A stretch of 64,000 nucleotides of DNA from Cetorhinus maximus. Its lineage: Eukaryota. The stretch is taken from contig NC_135884.1 in assembly GCF_964194155.1 (NCBI RefSeq), positions 34,162,001-34,226,000 on the forward strand, read 5' to 3'. The position numbers were made by a program, and so were the translations under genes. Within the stretch, counting starts at the first letter, position 1. Each line of letters begins with the position of its first letter. Below are positions 57,101 through 64,000 of this stretch, in pieces. Below the pieces are notes generated by a model. It saw only the letters and a program-made list of their open reading frames with translations, did not search any database and was not told the origin of the DNA.

Positions 57101-59440
57101 TGTTTTTTATACCAAAATAGCACAGAAAAAAATTGCACTTAATCCTATACATTTTTTGTGCGTGTTACAATCTCAGTAGACACCAGTAACATTTTAAAAG
57201 AAATTGAACCCCCAGTTATTAACTGAAAGAATTATGCCACAGGATTTCATGTTTTAAACAAAAATGTTTACTGTACAAGTTAAATAAGCCAATACTACTA
57301 ATTTAACAAGCAGCTATATTTTAAACCTAAAAATCTCAACAGAATACTCCTGTTTTACTTTTTTTTCCATCCAAGAGTTCCCCTATACATGATCTTGATG
57401 GCTCCTTCACTTTTCCTGGGACCCAACCAAGGTGTTTTACAGCTCTCAGGAATTCACTTCAATTCTCCTCAGTGTTCCTGCTATTCTCCGAGGCATGAGA
57501 TTTTTTAGGGTCCTTCCACTAAGTAAAATCTCTAACTCTCCTTCAATCCCTCCCCAGCTCAAGCAACCCTCGGTTTCTGATAGCTATCTGTTCCTGGTCC
57601 ACAGTTCCTGGCAGATTCTCTCTATATTTGTTCAAACTGCTCCAGACCCAGACTTCAGCTAGCTACTTCTGTGAGAAATCACAAAAACAAAAAAAGAAAT
57701 TCTCCCTGCAATCTATCCCCACGGCAATGTGGCACACCTAGGATGTCACAGATAGAGATTTAAGCGAATTATCTCCAATTTTCAAACCTGCTCTCTGTTC
57801 TGGGAAGCCCTATGAATAAATTCACACATTCTCCCAGTTTCTCCTCCTCTGTCGTGTCTGTTCTGATGATGCAACCTTCCACACCAGCGCTTCTAATATG
57901 TCTCCTTTTTCCTCAACTGAGGATTTCCCCCCACTGTGGTTGACAGGGCCCTCAATTTCCCACACTTCTGCTCTCACCCCTTCCCCTCCCAAAACTGTGA
58001 TAGGGTTCCTCTTGTCCTTACTTTGCACCCCACCAGCCTCCACATTCAAAGGATCATCCCCTGCCATTTCTGCCACCACCAAACACGTCTTCCCCTCCCC
58101 ATTCAACATTCTGAAGGGACCGTTCCCTCCGCGAGAACCTCGTCCACTCCAAATCACCCCCAGCATCTTGTCCCCCTTCCCAGGCAATCGCAGGAGATGA
58201 ATACCTGCCTTATTACCTCCTCGCCGTCCAAAGCCCCAAACGCTCCTTCCAGGTGAAGTAGTGATTTACTTGTACTACTTTCAATTTAGTATATCGTATT
58301 CGCTGCTCACAATGCGCTCTCCTGTACACTGGCTAAACCAATTGGCTCAGTCCATAAGTATTACCTCAAGCTTCTGGTTGCTTGCCAGTTTACTTCACGA
58401 CCTTGGTCTCTCACTCACATTTCTGTCCTTGGCCTGCTGCAGTTTTCCAGTGAACTCAATGCAAACTTGGGCAGCAGCACCTCATCTTCCAATCAGGTAC
58501 TTTACAGGCTTCTGGACTCAACTTTCAGACCATGAACTCTGTCCTCCATTTTGATTTTGTTTTTTTGCCACGCGCTGATTTGAATCTTGTATTTTATGTT
58601 TTTGTTTTCGGACAGAGTTGTTCATTATTCTGGCATTTCACTCTGGACAAATGCTTTGTCTCTTTATTACAATCATTGCCACTCCTTTTGCCTTTTGTTC
58701 CAAGGCATCTTTGTCATTTAATTTCTCCTGTCCTCTACCCTATCCCAGACCTTTTCTTTTGTTCTTCCCTCCCCCTTTCAACAGCATATCTACATCACAT
58801 TTTTACCCTCCATCAATTCTGAAGAAATATTCAACTTGAAACATTAACTCTGTTTCTCCACAAATGCTGCCAGGCCTGCTGAGTATTTCCAGCACTTTTT
58901 ATGCCAATCGCGATTTGTTGGATGTGATGTCAGATAAGTTCTTTTGCCAAACTGTAATCTTGATATTGCAAGACTAAATAAATCGATTTTTTTTCAGGAG
59001 GACACATTCGCCTTGTTCAGATAGCAATCGCCTTTCGTCACCTCCAACGAGTTACAGCAGAGATGTACCCCAATATACCAGTAATTTTTTGTGGTGACTT
59101 CAACAGCACTCCAAACTCAGGCTTGTATGAATTTGTCACCAAGGGACACATTTCTGCTGATCACCCCGACTGGACTTCAAACGGTGAGGAAGAACAATGC
59201 AGCATGTCCCTTACACACTCATTTAAACTAAGAAGTGCTTGTGGAGAACCTGCTTACACAAATTATGTAGGTGGCTTCCAAGGTTGCCTGGACTACATTT
59301 TCATGGATATTAACATGTTTGAAGTTTTTCAGGTTATTCCTTTTCCAAGTCACGAGGAAATCATCTGCCATTTGGCTCTGCCAAGTGTTTCACATCCATC
59401 AGATCATATTGCACTTATCTGTGATCTGAAATGTAAATAA
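52959..59440 (+). CDS. PDE12: 2',5'-phosphodiesterase 12 (mitochondrial deadenylase), 3 exons, 572 aa
   Basis: Exons 52959-54155, 56782-56860 and 58998-59440 total 1719 nt; EEP motifs SYNILAD, ICLQEVD, NTHLYWHP, CGDFNS, LDYIF, PSDHIAL. Confidence 0.96.
54590..56720 (+). mobile_element. Degenerate CR1 LINE with nested inserts (inverted-repeat element 55069-55292; antisense CR1 3' end ~55480-56130)
   Basis: YIDFQKAFDKVPH, VPQGSALGP and FADDTK remnants; CR1-type 3' UTR at ~56600-56720. Confidence 0.75.
55069..55292. mobile_element. Short inverted-repeat element with a second-family hammerhead motif
   Basis: Inverted arms ~55089-55128 and ~55255-55292; agattaaga duplicated at 55060-55068 and 55291-55299. 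Confidence 0.6.
56782..56860 (+). CDS. PDE12: PDE12 exon 2
   Basis: VCVLQSLKDSSKKLCVGNTHLYWHPK. Confidence 0.95.
57822..58900 (+). mobile_element. Penelope-like element 3' portion (RT end, GIY-YIG remnant, terminal repeat)
   Basis: FSQFLLLCRVCSD- and DRVPLVLTLHP-like remnants; ends in the same repeat family as 3021-3117 (ctgaaga...gaaacattaactctg...gctgagtatttccagcac). Confidence 0.7.
58998..59440 (+). CDS. PDE12: PDE12 exon 3
   Basis: GHIRLVQIAIAF...IFCGDFNSTP...YTNYVGGFQGCLDYIF...HPSDHIALICDLKCK*. Confidence 0.96.
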
Positions 59441-59859
59441 ATGACGATGACTTGCAGGTTTGCTGCTACTTTAAATACTGAGGATGGTCCTTGTATGAGC
59501 TTGCAAACGCGCACACCTGGTAATTTACAGAAGTTTATCAGCATCTGTAAAGAGGATAATGGCTGGTAATGTTTTGGATTTTGATCTTTGTTCACAACTA
59601 TCAGATGCTGACAAACCTGTCATTCCTGTATTTTTTGTGTTTATTTTAAATTTCATCATTTGTAGTTCCTTTACATAAAAGTTGATTGGTCTTAATATAA
59701 TTGAATTGAATAGATCAGAATGGATGAGAATAACAATGCTGGACAGACTACACATTAATAATGTAAAAAGCAAAACTGGAATGTGACGACGAATTGAACC
59801 TGGCAGGATTTGTAATGTATGGATGCAGAAAGGTTCACACTTTACTGTACTCTAACTGG

Positions 59860-59865
59860 AATAAA
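59860..59865 (+). terminator. PDE12: Probable PDE12 polyadenylation signal
   Basis: AATAAA ~420 nt after the stop codon; other candidate signals exist nearby. Confidence 0.45.
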
Positions 59866-60989
59866 ATATTCCTTGCATGAAATTGAAACAAAAAAAGATT
59901 CCCAATTCAGCTGTGATACATTTCTAAATAAGCATTGCATTAATCACAGGTCTGCAATAATCTGGTAGCCAGTGCAATTAGGAGACTTTGTAAAATCTTA
60001 GGGAGATATATTGCAATTCCTCCTCTTCTATAAATCATAATATGCAGATACGATAGATATCTGAATACAGATTTGCACATTTTTATGGAAGCTGCTAAAT
60101 GTCGATCCCAAATATAGAAAATGAAATTGCATGTTCATTACTGCAAATAAATTGATTTTTAAAATGTACACAAGGTAAACGTAGCCAACCTCCTTGGTGT
60201 TAAGATTACATAATTGGAATATCCAATGGGCATAAATAATGAAGGGATGCCTATTAGTAAAAGCAAAGATTGAAACATCGCTGACTATTCATTGCAAGTA
60301 AATTAAGGCATTTATTGTTGAGTAGGCTACTCCTATCCAGATCCACCAAACTTTGCATGAACCACTAATATTTCAAATACTGAGCAAGTTTGACGCACCC
60401 TACTTTCAAAGGGATGTGCTGAGAGAAAAGGTCTTCGCATGAAGTAATGAAGACACACACACGTTTTAGTGAAAGGATAATGAAGGGTACAATTCATCTT
60501 TGGCAGGTAGTAGAATGTTGGCAATAAAATGGCAGTCTGTTTTATATACAGCTTTATTTTCCCAAATGTCAAATAGCTGCTGTTTTGTTCCACCATCCAG
60601 GACAAATTTCACCTTCATGTGAAGAGGACTGAATAATGTAAATATTTAAACTTTCATTAGACTAGAGAACATGAATACAAAATTAATCGGCCTTAAGCAA
60701 TACTGTATTTAAAACAGTGCAAATGTAAAACTCAATTAAAGCAACTACCTTCCAATACGAACAATGGTACATTGAGAAAGAAAACAGATTAAGTGACAAC
60801 GTACATTTATAGAATGCCTTTATGTCATACAACATCACAAGGTGCTTAGTGGAATTACAATAGCAGTTTTTTCATGGTGGTTTGCCATTACCTTCCACTC
60901 TCAGTTGACTTCAAACGTGAATAGAACCTGCACTGATGATGTTTTGAACCACACACTAGCCATCTGGTCAGCTGAACTAACTAGCTCCA

Positions 60990-62560
60990 AGTTGTAATGT
61001 TACTGGACCAGTAATTCAGAGGTCTGGATTAATGGTCTGGAGAGTTGTGTTCAAATCTCAGCATAGCAACTGGGGGAATTTATGTCTAATTAGTTAATAA
61101 ATCTGAAATAAAATGTAAGTCTCATTAATAATGATCATGAAAGTACCCTATTGTCGTAAAAACCCATTTGGTTCACTCATGTTCTTCGGGGGAGGAAATC
61201 TGCCGTTGTTACCTGCTCGAGGTGCATAGAAATGTGGTTGACTCTTAACTGCCTTCTGAAATGGTCTAGCAAGCCAGTCAGTGATATCAAACTGTTATAG
61301 AAAAGATGAATAATAAAACCAGACAAACCACCTCACATTGACTTAGACACACCCTGCCCAGTTGACCCTGCAAAGTCCTCCTCTCTAACATCTAGGCACG
61401 TGCCACAATTGGGAGAGCTATCCCATGGAGTCAAGCAACAGTCTGACAGTCATACTACCAAATCAAAGCTTACAGCCAATGTCCCAGACTCTTCAATCCC
61501 TTGTATGTGCTGTCCCACTAGGACAGACTCACCAGAGGTGGTGGCACAGTGGTATACAGCTAGGAAGGAATGGCCTTGTTTTAACATCTCTACTTATGGA
61601 GTCTTTTTCACATTATCCGTTAAGTATCGCAAAGAGTTTTATTACGTGTAGCAAAGCCGCAATAAAATGAACATCTTATTCTCTATCAAATAACTTCTAC
61701 ATATCAGAGATTATTAACAATCCACACTTAGACAATGGTACAGAACTGGTGAGAGATTGGAAAGATTCTAGCATCAGATCAAACTTGAGCAAGGAAACCT
61801 TTTGCTGAGTACCATCTATTGTCCTCCCTCAGCTGATGATTCAGGGTTCCTTTATTTTCAACACCACTAGACCGAAGCACTGAGGGCAAGGAACCCAGAA
61901 TGTACTCTGGGAAGCTTCAATATCCATCACCAAGAGTGGCTCATTACTACCTCTACTGACCAAGCTAGCTGAGTTCTGAAGGACATTGTGGTCAGACTGG
62001 GCCTGCAGGTGGTGGTGATGAAACAATATGGGGAAAAAACCTGCTTGATCTAGTCATCCTCAATCTACTTGTTGCAGATGCATCTGTCCCTGGTAGGAAT
62101 CCTCGTGGAGAAGTCCCATATTCACACTGAGAACATCGTGTTTTGTGACACTACCCTACCATCTTGCCAAATGGGATAGAACAGATCTAGCAGCTCAAAA
62201 TTGGGTACCCGAGGCACTGTCAGCCATCAGCAGCACCACAAACTGCAGCCTCATGCCCTGGCATATCCTTGACTCTACCATTATCATCAAGCACGAGACC
62301 AACCCTGGTTCAATGAGGACTGTAAAAGAACATGCCAGGAACAGCGTATCTAAAAATGAGGTGCCAGGCTGGTAAAGCTACAACACAGAGTTGTATGCAT
62401 ACTAAACAGCAGAAACACCATGCTATAGACAGGACTATGTAATCCCACAACCAACGGATCATATCAAAGCTTTGTAGTCCCGCCACATCCAGTTGTGAAT
62501 GGTAATGGAGAATTAAACAACTGACTAGAAGAGGAGGCTCAAAGAACACCCCCCATCCTC
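60990..62560 (+). mobile_element. Degenerate CR1-group LINE 5' half (same family as 43705-46342)
   Basis: Collinear similarity with 43705-45180, interrupted by unrelated sequence at ~61575-61780. Confidence 0.75.
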
Positions 62561-62564
62561 AAAG

Positions 62565-62860
62565 TGCCTTTGAACAAGGGACACTACCACCCCCACCCCC
62601 CAGAAGGCCACAGACAAACTCAATAGAGTTTGTCTGGTGGCCTTTGGAGGCAAAGGAAAAATGTGCAATTTGCATGTAATCCCTGAGCCATCACTAAATC
62701 CTGGTGGGCTCAGGGATAATTGGTGTCAATTGGCTCAATAATTTCCCTAATTGACAATACGATGAAAGCAGGTGTATTTCCCCCATGAACCCATTCCCAC
62801 CTCCGACTTAATTGATGATTTTCCCACTGCCAGGAAACCGACGTATGGCTTCGCTAAAGT
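62565..62860. mobile_element. Fragment of the 2078-2974 MITE family in opposite orientation
   Basis: ccctgagccatcactaaatcctggtgggctcagg is the reverse complement of ~2427-2460. Confidence 0.6.
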
Positions 62861-64000
62861 AAATGAAGTGGGAATAACTGGACCAGGCAATGCAGATGTA
62901 AAAGATTGGCACTCTGGCAAGGCAATGCATAATCTTGGCTCAGCAGTGGCATTCTCACCTGAGTCAAATGGTTTGCGTCCAAGTCCCAATCCAGAGACTT
63001 GCATTATGACAGCCACTACACTTAAGGAACTTAACTGGATGTGGAGTGCTTGGGGTGTCTTGAGCTTGTGAAAGACATCTTTTGAATACAATTTCTTCTT
63101 TAGATTTTATATTTCCATTATAAATGCCTAAGTCTGTATTTAGAAACTGTATAGGCTTGTCAGTGTAAGTGGACCTTTCCACCAGTGATGGCATTGCAAT
63201 GTGACCAATAATGTACCGATAAACTATTTCCCAAATTGCTATATGTTTTGCTATTTGATTACTATATATTAAATGAAACTGTACATAAAAGTCCACAATA
63301 TGACTTTAAAATAGCTATTAATTACATCTTGGCAAATTATTGGCCACCCTCTAACTCTGCTTCATATGAAGAGTAAACTTGGTCTTGACTCATGAATCTC
63401 CTGGTTCTATAATTCATTCTCATGATCTTAGAAGATCACAAAACTTTAGTGTCTAAAACAATTAGATTCAATAACATGCACAAAGTATTTCTATAAAGTT
63501 TATTTAATTTCATCAGAATTATGTCAAATGGATTACGTAGACACCTTTCATTATTGGAATTTTGATGTTCCCAAATCTTCCAGTTTCATGAAGACTTGCC
63601 CATCCGTAGACAAATAAACAAACAATAACTATATTACAATGAATAACAGCACACTGATACCAAAAAACAACATGCAACATTTAAAAAAGGTTACAACTTT
63701 CAACATACTAGAAAGACAATCTGATCTTATCTATGTGGATAGAAATGCCAACATGAGTGCATGCATACTTAAGGACTGGATCCTTTAGTAGTGTTATGAA
63801 GTTTACATTGCAATGGGGTGCACAACCCGTTGCTTCTTTTGTGAAAAAGGAAGAAAGGAACATTTAGAGTTTGCAGTATCAAATATGCAGAATGGGGGAT
63901 GGATGTGGTCCACTGAAACTGGCTATGTTGCCAAGAACAGGTGTCTACCAACAAAAGAAAAACCTTAACCTTTCTATTATTTTTAACAAATAACCTTGCA

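Overview
Vertebrate genomic DNA, most likely from a shark or other cartilaginous fish, judged from the repeat families (DeuSINE/SacSINE1-like, CR1, L2, Penelope-like, Harbinger). Three complete spliced genes can be assembled by hand: RPS23 (minus strand, 4 exons, 143 aa); an ATP6AP1/Ac45-family gene of the ATP6AP1L type (plus strand, 10 exons, 444 aa as assembled), head-to-head with RPS23; and PDE12 (plus strand, 3 exons, 572 aa). A CpG-rich promoter and first exon with an RFX X-box at ~8.7 kb belongs to a minus-strand gene that leaves the window. Introns and spacers hold nested transposons, including a 5-kb Harbinger element with both TIRs and both ORFs, and a Gypsy remnant. The most interesting signals are: a ~145-bp tRNA-headed SINE with twin GAAA-tetraloop hairpins, long TSDs and a tandem dimer; two families of minimal hammerhead-ribozyme motifs in short Penelope-derived inserts; a candidate box C/D snoRNA in RPS23 intron 1; and the RPS23-ATP6AP1L pair lying next to PDE12, which suggests a retained paralogous block. 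Family names and cross-species comparisons come from recalled sequences, not database searches, and repeat boundaries are approximate unless a TSD or TIR is given.
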